From: Paramecium tetraurelia | Lineage: Eukaryota | Direction: 5' to 3' | NCBI GenBank assembly: GCA_000165425.1 | Contig: CT868263.1 | Span: 1-64,000, forward strand | Length of the DNA: 64,000 nucleotides | Shown here: positions 36,312-50,524 of the stretch, one piece after another | Position numbering within the stretch: position 1 is the stretch's first letter | Layout of the letters: each line of letters starts with the position of its first letter | The notes under the pieces: model-generated | Databases searched by the model: none | Seen by the model: the letters and a program-made list of their open reading frames with translations, nothing else | What the model was told of the DNA's origin: nothing | Position numbers and translations under genes: made by a program

Positions 36312-38365
36312 TCAACGTCTTGATTATTTTCCAATACCACTTTTACCAGTAAATAAGTGCTTAGGCATTTTGCAATCTATTTTAGTATCGCCATCACCAG
36401 CTTTAGCTTCATTTCTTCTTCTTCTTTATATTTTTTTAGACATCCTTTCCATAGCCTAAAATATTAGATGGAATATATTACTTATTCTTAAGCAGTAAGG
36501 ACTTTTTTGTTGCCTCTACTTCTGCTTCTTGAGATTTCTCTAAGTCTACTTCTACTTCTGGATAAAGCATCTCTTCCTTTTCTTTGATTTCTCTCATTTC
36601 CTTCAATATCCATATCATTATCATCGCTATCATCTGATGATTGTTGTTATCTTTTCTATTTTTAAACAATCTTCTTTGCAGCAAACTTCTAAGCTCTCTA
36701 TTCTAAAAAGGTAGTATCAATTCCTTTTTTAGCAAAATCTTCTTTTGCATCTTCCAAATTGGGTCTATGTAATTTAACTTATTGTTTCATTTTCATATGA
36801 TGTTCTTCCTTAATCATCTCTCTTTTTTTGTTGACTTAATCTCTAGTACTTAATAACATGTCTTCTCTAGCATCTTCATCTGGATCTTCAACTTCAGCTT
36901 AATCCATCATTTCTTCTTCCTTTTCCAATTCCTCCAATCTTTAGAGAATATCAGCATCAACAAAATCTCCAATATTCTTGCCATCCATGATTTCAGGTAC
37001 AGCATCATATTTCCAATCAGGATTGTCTAACAAAAAGTGTTCTATGAAAATAATCAACATAAGATAATACCTTATAATGGGAAGGAGAAGACACCAGCAC
37101 CACCATTTTATTCTTGAACATCCTTCAATGTTGGTCTATTTAATTTACCCACTACTTAGGGAATTACTGGCATTCTATTTTGATTAACTCTTTTAGGTTA
37201 AGCAATATAGACTCCTTAGAGGATTGACTCTTCTCTTAAAAGGTTTGGATTTCCACCTGTTAACTATTCAGGTTTAAGATTTTATCTCCATTCATTTAAT
37301 AAATTGCAAGCTTTTTCCTTGACTAAGGCTATTCCTTCACCAGATTTGTTACTCAATTAAGAACTAATAAATAGATTTCAATTAGATACTAGAACACGTT
37401 TTCAGATTGGATGACATCCTACAACTTTTATTAATCAATTGGATCTAATTATTCAAACTTTTTAATATCTATTTTAGTCATAACTAATAATAAAGGTTTA
37501 TTTTTGAAGAGTGGTTTTAAGTCTTTGAAGAGTGCAATCTATTAATCAATTGAATAACTGCATGTTTCTGAGATATCCAAGAAAAACATGATGCATGCCT
37601 TTAAATGTGCAAGTGCTGTAATTGCTTACATTTCAATTGGGTTTCTTTCACTCAATGAATGATCCAAGACTCCTGGAGTATCTATTACTTACCAACGTAC
37701 AAAGTTGTAATCAGAGTGACCAACATATAGATTTTATGTTGTGAATGGATAGGGTTGAACATCCAGATTGGCATTTGTAATATTATTTACAAAACTACTC
37801 TTTCCGACATTGGGGAATCCAGTGACTAAGAGAGTTCTTTCAAAGGGATTGATGGCTGGCATTCTGGATAAGTGTTTTCTGACTTCATCCAAATAATTAA
37901 GAGAACTGGTCAATTTTTTAAGTGTGGTACACATACGACCTAATGCTGCTCTCTTTAACATCTTGCATCTGTACAAGGAATCACCGTATTTTAGCAATCT
38001 ACAATAATCCTTTGCAATATTATCAATCACATTCCTACAAGCATGTACATGTCCCAATGCCAATTTATAATGATCCTTGTCATACAATACATTAATCAAA
38101 TCTGCATAGAAGGGATGAATATCATCTAACTATTTTATATGAGGATATCAAATACTTTTGGGAAGTCTTACAAAATGGCATCAATCTTCTCGTGAATGGT
38201 TTCTTATGTAAATTTCACTTTTCTCATGTAAAATCCTCTAATTCTGGAGATATCGTATCCAGGATGGACTACTGTTGGTGTTTTCCTTTGAGTCTTAGAT
38301 AAAATCACATTTATCATGTCTTTAGCAGGCATAACAGGACGTATAGATTTGAAGTTATAGGACAT
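36312..38365 (-). CDS. NOG1: Nucleolar GTP-binding protein 1
   Basis: [80 protein letters not shown]. Confidence 0.97.
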
Positions 38366-38394
38366 TGCTATTTTTAATCACAAAAAATATTTAA

Positions 38395-41124
38395 TCAACA
38401 ACATTAATTTAATATAGTTTATAATTCTACTTAAGTGACGGGCTTAGAAAGGAAATGATCCATACCACTCTCAAATCCTAGTTTTTTAGTTTCCTCATCA
38501 GAAAATCCACTGCACCCAATAATTGCACATTTACTTATTTTTTTCTCCTTCTCCATCATTCTAATTAATTTTGAAGTCTAATATCCATCCATCATCGGCA
38601 TCTGTATATCGATAATCACACATCTGATCCAATTGCAACAATATTCTTAAGTGCTTTACCATCCCTTTAGGAAATCTAAGGCCTCCTAACCACTCTTTGC
38701 CTACTAATAACGGTACTTCAAATTCTTCAATTAATAACCCAAGATCATCAAATTTATTGGTTCATCATCCACAATCAAGATTCTTGGACATGCACAATTT
38801 TCATAAGACTCTTGCACAGGATCCTCTTAAAAATTGTCCTCTTCACATTAGAATTAATAGATTGTGCTTTCATTTTCCTCTATTTTCTATTCACTGATTA
38901 CCTTGGCTCTGTATATTGAAGCACTCATTGGTTATAATGTTAACTAATCTCTCTTAGCCACCCTTACTATTGAAAGATTGCTCTCCTTCCTACCAAAATA
39001 TTTTGTGTCTTAAGATTAATGAACAGAACTCTTAGTTTCGTTTTAGTCCAATATTTTAAAGATAAACCTTGTTCCTTATCCCAATCCCTTAGATTCAACC
39101 TGTAATCCAACATCTCCTCCACTCAATTTTTATGCCAACACATTACTTATCATCAATCCCAAACCCACACCTTAAGTGTTTAAATGCTTTGAATCTTCCA
39201 ATTTCCCAAAAGGTTAGAATAGTTTCTTAATATCTTCTGGCTGTAATCCTACTCCAGTATCTTCTACTGATATTTCAATTAATTTTGGTTGTAATAATTT
39301 GGCTTCCACCTTTATTCCTCCAGTCTTTGTGAATTTAGTAGAATTGTTAATTAAATTCAATATAATCTATTGAATTCTCTATTGATCTGATTTTATTAGA
39401 TTTGGTATTTTTTTATCATATTTCAAACTAAGTTGCAGATTCTTAGCACCTACATTAAAAGTCATCATAGCTATTGTATCGAAAAGCAGGGTTTTAATTG
39501 CAAACTCTTAAAATGTTAACTTAAATTTTCCAGCTTTTAATTAAGCTAGATCAAGCAAATCATTAGCCAATCTCGAAATCGACTCGGCTGAGCTTTTCAA
39601 TGGCTTCAAATACCTTATATTAATATAAACTACTTACTTTTTACTGGTTTCTTTATCTTGCGAAAACTTTGAAAGTAATTGAGCACTTATAGCACATATA
39701 GCACCTAAAGGGTTTCTTAATTCATGCGCAACTTAAGATAACATTTTCGATTTATTTGAATTTTGCTGTTATAAAACTTTATACTAATTAAATAATGACA
39801 CATCTCTAATCATTAATAGAACATTTTTCTTGTTCTCATAAACATAAGCTTTAATTGTTATTTAAATCAACAATCCAGCAGAATCTTCATCATCTGACTG
39901 ATCTTCGCGCATTTCATTAAGAATTTCTTCTTTGGATTCTTCGATCATACAGAGCATCTTTACTTCTTTACCAAATTTAATCTTATCTTATCCCTTCTAT
40001 GTCTTTTAGGAATATTAAGACATTTATCTTTGATAAGGGGATGGAGTGCTAGTCTTCTCTTGCAGTGCCTTTTCAATTTCTTGGCTTAAGGTTTCAGCCT
40101 TACTTAATTCATATTCATAATAATTGTAATATGTTTGTTCATCTAATTGTAAGAAACAGTCTTTAATTAAGGAGTTCTCTTCATTGAGTTATTATTAGAA
40201 TTCATGAGAATTACTTTTTAATTTTCTATTCAGTGCTGCAAACATTTTATCAAATTAGGCTTGTTCACCAAACTAAAATTTAGAGGAATAATTTTTCAAT
40301 TCATACAGTCTTTTTGGAATTAACTCTTCGGATATAGGTTTTCTCCCCAATAGCGATCTCACTTGATTATTATGATATTCAATTTTATTTTAATCATTAA
40401 TAATTATTATGCCTTCTGGAAATTGATTGAATAGAGTTTTATAGAAACTATTTTAATATTCGATTTGTTCACGAATTGATGCTTCTCTTTGTATTTGTTA
40501 TTAATGATGCAGTTGTTGACCCAAGGACAATATTTAAACATGATTTGATTCCTCATCTAAAATTTAAGCTTAAGGGCTATCTAATTTCTCAGTAAAACTG
40601 CGAGAACTGGGTTTTTTAGATGTTTGTTGTTTATGCTGATTCCTCATAGTCTTTTCAACAAATAACTAGTATATTAATATGAGGGTATATAGTATTTCCC
40701 CACATATCAATCCAATTTATGAAGAATCGAGAATTAAGTAGAACGTTGTTAGATTGACTGAAGCAATCACAACGAGAAGAAAACCCACTCTAACTATTTT
40801 ATTTGGTAAAATTGTATCAACATCTAATTGAATTGTGAGACCAAGCCAAAAATATTAAAATCTACTGAGAAATCCATCATTTTTCAATCCCATGTCAACA
40901 CTACCTAAGCAAAACAGATTGAGGACTTACCATAAGGATTTACAAATTAATTACGAATGCTCAGCATAATTTGAAATGTATCTGTTTAGAGGCAAAGATA
41001 AAACCGTCAATAAGATGCTGAATATAACCTAAAAGTATTCGGTGTCGTCATTCGCTATTTTTATAATAAGTACCATTATAAAATAAGTGAGTTGAATAAA
41101 TACTCTCAAATAAACATTTTTCAT
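38395..41124 (-). CDS. Membrane hybrid histidine kinase with C-terminal receiver domain
   Basis: N-terminal TM segments; H-box SQVAHELRNPL, N-box QIILNLINNSTKFT, VEDTGVG, GVGLGLMIS; receiver ILIVDDEPIN..DIQMPMMDG..FLSKP. Alternative start 41076. Confidence 0.92.
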
Positions 41125-41135
41125 TATATTTTATT

Positions 41136-44100
41136 ATGTTTATTATATTATTCATTACGCACATACTTATTGATGTAGCTTGTGCAGGAACGATATCTCC
41201 ATCTATTTTCAAAGCCTATTAGACAACAGACACTACTTTTTCAAATGAAGTAACTTCACTCAAAATAAATACGCAATATCTCATCAGGTTTGAATTTGAT
41301 TTACCAACTACTCTAAGTGTTAGCACTGATTACATTAGAATAGATGTAGTTGGATTTAAATCTATGGCAAAGTTCTTTTAATCATACTAATTTACAAATC
41401 CCTCTGCTGATGGAACTACTTTCCTTGAGTTCAAGGCTGATACTTCCACTAAAATTCAAACACCACTTATAATATTTTATGCCACTACAGGTGCATCGAC
41501 AAAGACACATACATGTTCTGCTTTAAGTTATAGAACCCCTGGAAGTACAACACTTGATACCCCTACTAAGACATTCACAATCATAGGAGGATCAATAACG
41601 TTTAGTAGCTCTATTAGTGTACCAAATAAGGTTTTTGGATAAAAATCTCTTTATATCATTAGCCTCAACTTTGAAAATTCATTATCAGAAGGAACAAATA
41701 AATATATAACCTTTCCAAAACCATCAGGTTTAACAGCTGACGCAACGATCTCATGTTCAGGAACGCCATCAACCACAATCAGCTGCACTTGGGCCACTGG
41801 AACAAACTTGATAACAATAACAAATTTGGATTCAACTAAAACATAAACAATATCCTTAGAGTTCACAAACCCTCCTTCCCCTACTTCGAGTGTTACTTTT
41901 AATACTCTTATCACTTATATTGACACTTTTTAAGTTGATTCAAGTAGTACATCTTAAATAGTGACTGGATACAATGATGGAATAATAACAACATTATCTC
42001 TTGAAAGTGGAACATAAAAAGTAGGTTAAAGTGGTTCTTATTTAAAATACAAATTTACAAGTTTGAATGATATTGTAACTGGCTCTATTATTTAATTAAC
42101 TCTGCCTAGTGATATTCAATGGAGTACAACATCTCCATCCTGTTCTTGGAATACCGGGAGTGTAACAGCATGTTCTTCTAACTTTGTTTCAACATAAGTT
42201 ATATCGATAACTTTAACTTTATCTGCCCCAATACCTGGAGGTACATCATTAATTTTAACAATTAATTCAATAAGAACTCCATACACATTTAGCCCTTCCA
42301 CTGGATTTTCATTTATGATCACTTAAGGCGGTGTATAATATGATTAAAATACAAATTTTGGAAGTTTGACTATGACTGAACAAAGTGGAATCACTTTAGC
42401 ATTTTTTAGCAGAACAGAAAATAAAAATGGTGCTAAATCTGATTATAAATTTTCAATTAAATTTGATACTAAATAACCTAGTGGGACTAAAATAACTTAT
42501 ACTCTTTAAGGATATGATTTAAGTAATGTTAATGCCGTTGACTTTACTGGTTCTACCTAATTAACTTCTCCAACTACTTTATTAGTTATTAGCACAGCGT
42601 ATACAATTACATTTTAACTCAGTTCAGAATTGAATGAGAATTAAAATTATGATACAATAATATATAAAATTGTAAATAAAAATAGTGCTGGTACAATAAC
42701 AGCTGAAACCACAAAAAATAATTTTAAAATTTCAACCACTGATAAAGGCACGGCTGGTACATTACCAAGTTCTACTCCAAATGAAATTACTATTGTTAAC
42801 ATGATTTAAGAAAAAAAATTATTAGGAGTTGTAGATAGTTATTAATTTAGAATTACTTTATCTAATTTACTCTCTGCAGGATCTACAATTATTGTGACTA
42901 TGCCAGATAACTTCTCTGCTGAGGATGTTGATTGTACAACATATGTGGATAATATTGAGGGGTTGACAGTGGATACTTGTTCAGTTAACAGTAAAGAGAT
43001 TACAATAAAGATAAAAATTGCAATTTAAGTTAATACGATATAGTTTCGATTTAATAGTTTAATTAGGAACCCAAAGATTTATTCATCAAATTATCAATTT
43101 AAAATAAGAACTCAAAAAGATAACGCTATCATTGATGAACTGTTAAGTTCAGATAGTGCTAAATTATTAGAATTTAAATTATTGTGTGCTCCTACTTCTA
43201 CAGTATTTTGTAAAGAATGTGATGCTTAAGGTAAATGTTTATCTTGTTATTCGGATACTTCAATAACTCAATATATTTATTTCTTAAGCAATTAATGTCT
43301 AAGTACTTGTGGATCAAAGTACTATAGTGATTCTAGTAATAAATGTTAAGGTTGTCCAAATTATTGTTAAGAATGTACAAGCAGTTCATTATGTTAAAGC
43401 TGTGAAAACGAGACAACTTAAGAGATTAAGAATGGAAAATGTGTATTGAAATGCACTGAGAACTAATTTGATTTTAATGGTATTTGCACTCCTTGTAATG
43501 AGAATTGCAATACTTGTGTTGATTAAAGTACCAAATGCACATCCTGTGGTGAAACTAATAATTTACTTTATCAAAACAAGTGTGTATCTCAATGTCCAAC
43601 AGGAGTATTTTAGGTAGGGTTTTCTTGTATTGCATGTACATCACCTTGTAAAACATGTGACACTGGTCCAACTATATGTCTCACTTGTGTTGCTAACTAT
43701 TATTATAAAAAGGCATCGCTAAGTTGTGTTTCTGATTGTGGTAATAGATATTTCAAGGATGGAAGTGATTGCACCTTGTGTTCTGATCCTTGTAATAATT
43801 GTTTGAGTAACACTATATGTGTTGATTGTCTCACTGGATACTACTTTTTTAATAACAGTTGTGTTTCAACAGTACCGAATGGTTATTATAAATCAGGTAC
43901 TACTTTGAATAAGTGTCCTGACATTTGTGGTAATTGCATTTCAGAAACTGAATGTACTTCATGTCCAACCAATAAATACTTGTTAGCAAAACAATGTTAA
44001 GACAAATGTCCTGATAAATATTATTCATAAAATTTTGTATGTTATGCTTGTGATACCTCTTGCTTATAATGTTCATCAAGCACAGTATGTACTCAATGTC

Positions 44101-47100
44101 CAGAGAATTAATAACATTTGACCGGTAAATGTTATTAGAATTGTCCCAATAAATACTACTCTTTAGATTATTAATGTTTATCATGTTAATCGTCATGTGC
44201 TACTTGTGTAAATGGTCTAGAATGTAAGACATGTCCAGTCAGTTCACCATATATGTTGAATAGCTTATGTGTTTAGACTTGCCAATCCAACTATTACATA
44301 AAAGAGTATGTCTGTAACAAATGTGCTAACGAGTGTGCTACTTGTGATGAAAAGGGATGTCTTACTTGCGTATAGAATTACAAATAGTTAGATTAGACAT
44401 GTGTGACTTCATGTCCAACTGGATATCAAGATGTACACAATATATCAATTATATATAGCTAAACAATATAGATATATGTGAGAAAGTGACAGATACAGAA
44501 TAATAAGTGATTTCCAATTTACAAGAAAACAAATATATACCCGTTCCATTCACCATAGTCTCTTTAATTATGATATTAAGTGTTGTTGTGGCTAAGATAT
44601 AGAAAACAGAAGTATTGTATTTAAGCAATTGTAGACTTTTATTCCAGGATCAGCTGTTGGTTTATTAGGTCTAATCATTATAGGATCATGGGCGGTGTTA
44701 CTACTCCTACAATTGGATTACCTTTTGGAGAAGTTGGAAACTTATTTACTGATGGCTGCAATTGGAGTTCATATACTATTAAATCTCATTAATTTATGTG
44801 TTGTTAAACATTGCACCTAAGGAGATACTGTCTTTAATTTGTGGTATTCAGCAAGGAAATCCAATTCATGTGCATACATCTTCTTGAATTTATTGTCAAT
44901 TCTGAGTTTCTCTATGACAAGATTTTACTTCTCAAGATATTTTGGGTTTAGATTCTTGAAATGTAAGTTATCAGATGTAGAAAACATGGTTGGTATGAAT
45001 ATCATCAATGGACTCTGTGCATTTGTATCATTAATATATCTATTCATTTTAGTTTTGCTGTATTCCTGCTTTGATAGCCAGTGTGCTTCTTGCTTATAGA
45101 GATCAATTAAGAGAGTAACTATTCATCAGCAGTATTGATTCATTCATAGTGACCATAATCTTTGGGATCTGTTTAATATGGGAAACTCAAAAAGAAGAGC
45201 ACTTTTTTGAAGACATCCACTATGCATCAGTTTCACAATCACATTAAGTTATTCCTGAGTTTTTTTAAACTAATAGATCAAAGTAATCCAAAAGGTTCTC
45301 CTTTGAAGATTCCATGAATGGCTAAAAATTCAACCATCATGAATAAGACGAGGAACCATCCTTCCCTAAAATTGATGAATCCATTGAATACAAAGATCCC
45401 AATTACAGTAGTCAATAACCGTTTCAGAAGATGTTACAAAAAAATTCGTAATTCACTTTCAAATAAGATATTCTTGATCCAAAACAAGATAATTCAAATA
45501 GGTATCAAGAGGAAGTGGTCTTATAAATGCCGAATAACGATGTGTCTGAACCATTATCTATTGGAGAATCATAAAGAGACTAATTTGAAATGCAATAGAA
45601 ATAGACACTGGAATAATAGTAATAATAGAAGATTTTAGAAGAATAATAAAGAATCGAATTCGAAAAGCAATAAGAAAAATTAAGGTAAATAGAAGAATAG
45701 AATAACATAGAAGAGTAAAAGAAAAAAGAAATACAGAAATAACAGGAAGAGCAATAAAGATAGGAAGAGATCAAAAAATAAGAGTTAGAAAGATAGGCAG
45801 AACTCAAAAGAATAGAGGAAGAAAAATAACAATAAGAATAAATTAAATAATAAGAACTCGAAAAAAATAGAAAAGAAAAGGAATTATAAATCTAGGAAGA
45901 ATAAAAAAAATAATAAGAATTAATAATTTAGTAATAGTAAGAAGAAGAAAGGATAGCAAAATAAAAAGAGGAAGAAAGATAAGCATTCGAGAAAGAAGAA
46001 GCATTGAAGTTAGAAAAATAAAAAGAAGAAGAAAAATTGGCATTAGAGAGAGAAGAAGAGTAAAGAATAGAATAATAAAAGCAGGAAGAGAGATTAGAGT
46101 TGGAAAGATAGGATGCATAAAGGTTAGAATAATAGAAGGAGGAGGAGAGATTGGCTGAATTAAATTAAAAGTAAAAAACTGAGGAAGCATAAAGAGCTGC
46201 TGAATAATAGAAAATTGAAGAAGAATAATAGGCTGAACGATTAAGATAAGAAGAATTAAAACTTAAGGAATAGGAGGAAGAGGCAAAAAGAATTTAAGAA
46301 GAATAAAAAAAGTAGGAAGAATTAAGAATACAATAAGAACTAGAATAAAAAAAGAAGGATGAAGATCTAAATCAGTTATTGGAAGAATAAAAACTATAGG
46401 AGCAAAAAGAATAGGAAATGCTTCAAAGATAAAAATAATCTAGATAGGCTGCAGATTAAAATTCAGAAATTGATGTGATGTAAAATGAAATTGAAGATTT
46501 GAAATAGGAAATTAATGAATTCGATCAAAATAATAATAATAAATTGAATGATATTATTTTGGTGGATCAAGATGATGATGATGTGGGATGGGATATTGAA
46601 AATGAAGAAGTCGATGATCAAGCTTATGACTAAGGAGTAACAGCATAATAAAAGAAATTTTAAAAGGAAATTATTTAAGATGATAAAAATGATGCAGATG
46701 ATGATTGGGATGTTCCAACTTCAGGTTTCGTAAGCGTACAACCAAAATCTTAGTTAAAAAAGGATTAATAGATTGAAGAACCCATTAACCCTTTTAAAGG
46801 ATACAATTAAAAGTAAGCAGCAGAATCAGATCTATTCAAATAATCAAGAGAGGATTCAGATGATGAGGATTGGGCTCCAAATTAAATTTCTCCATCTGAA
46901 TTCAATATTCTCAATTAAAGATTTGATCATGAAAAACACTCTATTACACAAGCTGAAAGATCTAAAAAGTTTTCCCAAACAGGTTAAAATTTTAAATCTG
47001 TTATTAAGAGACCAACTCTTCCTGAGCCTTAAACAAATAGTGATAACGAATCAATAGACTAGCAATCAGTTTTTGATTAGTTTGCTAGAAATTAATTAAA

Positions 47101-47209
47101 CTAAATTCCCAAAAAACAAAATTAAGGATTAAATAAAATATATTTATAAAGATAACAGATCAAATAGAAAGGCACAAGTAACATAGGAATTAATGATATT
47201 AAATTTTGA
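41136..47209 (+). CDS. Large surface protein: signal peptide, S/T-rich beta-type repeats, furin-like Cys-rich repeats, multi-TM domain, E/Q/K-rich coiled coil, acidic tail
   Basis: MFIILFITHILIDVACA; CxxC repeats at about 43180-44480; hydrophobic helices at about 44540-45180 (YIPVPFTIVSLIMILSVVVAK...); frame continues through the charged region to TGA 47207-47209. Confidence 0.82.
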
Positions 47210-47240
47210 ATATTAATTATAAATTAGTAATATTTTTTTT

Positions 47241-48185
47241 ATGGATTAGGAAGTTGATTTTATTTAATGTAAACCCTCTATAACAATCGATTATAAAATG
47301 GAGGACTTACCTAAATTCAAAGATGAACCCAATATTGTTGTCTTATTTGGTTTCCCTTATGATGAAGGCACAGTAAGAAATAAAGGTAGGGCTGGAGGAG
47401 AAAATGCATATGAATAAATTATGCTAGTGTTGAAATCTAAACTTCAAGAATGTAAACTATCATAAAAAGTAATACATGTGGGGGCTGTACCTAAGTAACT
47501 ATCATTAGAGGATGCTCATGAATATCTGTATTAACATGTTGGTGAAATTTATTATTAATTACCTTAAGCTAAAGTGATTGTTATTGGCGGTAGCAATGAT
47601 TAAAGCTATCCTAATTTTAAAGGACTAGTTGATGGAATGCAATGCAAGAAATTAGGTGTTATCAACATAGATTCTCATCTAGATGTTAGACCATTTATTA
47701 ATTAAAATTAATGTCATTCAGGATCCCCTTTCAGAAGTATGCTTGAAGACGTTGAGCGCTTTTAGAATAGTAAATTTGTGGAATTTGCAATAAAAGGCTG
47801 CACTTGCTCTTATGAACATTATCAATATGTATTAAATAAAGGAGGGAAAGTTTATTTCATGGAAAAAGACATCAGAAGATTAAATGCTGAAAATCAAGGC
47901 TTATGTGCTATGAATAATGTATTAACGGAATTTGAGAATGATGAAAATATTGACTATGTCTTCTTGTCTTTTGATGTTGATTCTATAAATAGTGCATGGT
48001 GTCCAGGAGTATCTGCACCATCAATTGTTGGGGGTTTGACTAATATTGAAGCTTTGTCGATTATGGAAAGAGCAAAGAAATCGAAAAAGATTAAATTGAT
48101 TGATTTAAGTGAGTTTAATCCAGCAGTTGAATGTGAACGCACTTCTAATTTGATTTCTGAAATGATAATTACATTTATTTTATGA
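47241..48185 (+). CDS. hutG: Formimidoylglutamase (arginase/ureohydrolase family)
   Basis: GFPYDEGTVRNKGRAG, IGGSNDQSY, NIDSHLDVRP, HSGSPF, SFDVDSINSAWCPGVSAP, DLSEFNP; no intron needed. Confidence 0.85.
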
Positions 48186-48897
48186 ATATATTTATAGTTC
48201 ATATTAATATATTCATAAAAATGATAAATTGAAGTTATCTCAAGGTATAAATATGAGCATAAATTAAAAAAGAGATAAATGAAGCCTTCAATTTTTTTTT
48301 CATTATTAAAGATTCATTAATAAATTCATCTTCTAATAGTAGATAAGATTCTCTTAAAAATTGAAATTGAATAATCAAGGAAACCTTAACAATTTTAGAA
48401 AATCAAGAAAGGCAAATTACTAGTGTTTTCATTTAGTCAGTTATAATATTCTTATTAAAAATTTATAGAAATAAGTATAAATCGACCAACCAGATAAATA
48501 ATAATAAATTACAATAGAGAATCAAGATATCTTCTATGAGTTGGATAATTTTAGGGATTAAAACTCATGGTAATATTAAATTAGTTTTTCTCTTGTCAAA
48601 ATATTAATGTGGATTATTGTTAGAATATAAAATAATATGCAAGGGATTTATAATTAAAAATGAGCTACTTAGAGCAAAGAATTACTTGATATATTCAAAA
48701 AAAATAATATATTTATTTGGTTCAAACGTATTTTGATAAAATGTATTTTCAGAAATATGATGATAAAACTAATTATAATTTTAATTAAAATGCATAGAAT
48801 AATAAATAAATACCTTAGATTCTCAAGCAAATCAATAGAAAATTGATATATTATTTATTTTGCAATTTCATAAATTCAATAACAAATTTTAATAAAT

Positions 48898-50130
48898 ATG
48901 GGATCTAACTGTTCAAATTGCAGATAATGCTAAAAGGATAAGCAAGAATTGTTATATGAAATAAATATAACTAAAAAAACGGAAAGTAATAGAAATGGAA
49001 TATCTATGATTTCCCAGCCATCCCAAGCCTCAAGTCATTCGAATAAAGTTTAGATCAATTAAAATATATTAGACATAAACAAAATAAAACTATTCAAAGG
49101 ATAATAAAGAATTCCAATATCAAGATGAACATCAATAAGAATTATTGTTGGCTAATATGGCGATTGTTATCTAAAAAAAATGGAAGGGACATAAGGCCAG
49201 ATAAAATTTACAAGAAATGAAGTCTGGCAATAATGATGCTAATAAAAAGGATGAAGAAGAAACGATTTAAAGCAAATAAAGAAAGAAGATGCAGAAATAT
49301 TTCAATTCAGAAGAATATGGAGGTAATTAAAAGTTAAATCAAATAGATGTAAATCCTAATAATACAATTCGAGACAAAAGACCGAAATATTAGTTTAAGA
49401 GTGGAGCCTCTTATGAAGGCGAATGGTTGGGTAATAAGAGAGACGGGGAAGGAACTTAAATTTGGCCAGACGGAGCAAAGTATGAAGGATCATGGCAAGA
49501 TAATAAAGCATGTGGGATAGGAACCTTTTATCATGTAGATGGAGATACGTATACTGGAGAATGGGATAACGATTAGGCTAATGGCTTTGGTGTTTATAGG
49601 TAATCTAGCGGAGCAATTTATGAAGGCTATTGGTAAAGTGATTTTTAGCATGGATAAGGGGAAGAAAAGTGTAAGCTTAAATTTAAATTAAGGGATTGAT
49701 AATTCAAGTTACAGAGGAGAATATTTTTAAGGGAAGAAACAAGGTAAAGGTTTATATACCTGGCCAGATGGAAGCTATTTTGAAGGAACGTGGTTTGATA
49801 ACAAAATTAATGGATAAGTAACAATATTATATATCATTTCAGGGAGAATATACATGGGCTGATGGAAGAAAGTATAAGGGTAATTGGAGGTATAATAAAA
49901 TGCATGGTTACGGTGTCTATTAGTGGGCAGATGGAAGATCCTATCATGGTGAATACTAAGAGGATAAAAAACATGGAAGGGGTAAATATTTCTGGCCAGA
50001 TGGAAGGATATTTGAAGGGGAATGGGTAAATGGTAAATAACATGGAAAAGGCAAATATATCATGGCTGATGGTTAGATAAAATCTGGGTTATGGGAGGAT
50101 GGAAAAAGAATTAGGTGGGAAGACAGATGA
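48898..50130 (+). CDS. MORN-repeat protein with N-terminal acylation motif and IQ motif
   Basis: MGSNCSNC; AIVIQKKWKGHKARQ; many YEGEW..GxG..W.DG repeats. Confidence 0.92.
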
Positions 50131-50524
50131 CAGTGATCAATTTTTAGCATCTCTTTTCTTATTTGTAATAGTCTATATATATATTTCAGTATATTAGAGT
50201 AGTACCTTATGATATGTAATTGGTCTTATTAAATTGTTTTTTATATGATTTAAATTGGTTATAACTGAGGTTATTATATTATTTAAAGTAAAACCGGCTA
50301 TTTAAAATCTGTGTTTTAATTTACTATCCAATATTGGTATTAATGAAATGGACTATTAAAATATCAATGAATTATAAAGAATCTAAAAACGAAAGCAAAA
50401 TAAATTGAAAATAAATCCAAGAGACAGAAAGATACATCTTTGGGTAAATAATATATTGTTATATCATAAAAATAAAGTATAAGCATATAGTATTTTACAA
50501 ATTAACAATGAATAAAGAACTAAA

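Noticed and set aside
43180..44480. Periodic sequence that could suggest a DNA repeat array or CRISPR
   Set aside because: Periodicity is at protein level (CxxC furin-like repeats, likewise the MORN genes); no identical nucleotide repeats with spacers and no cas genes.
45580..46190. Hydrophobic minus-strand ORFs in the track (also 14635-14832, 23476-23733, 33472-33672)
   Set aside because: Antisense shadows of E/Q/K-rich coding sequence on the opposite strand.
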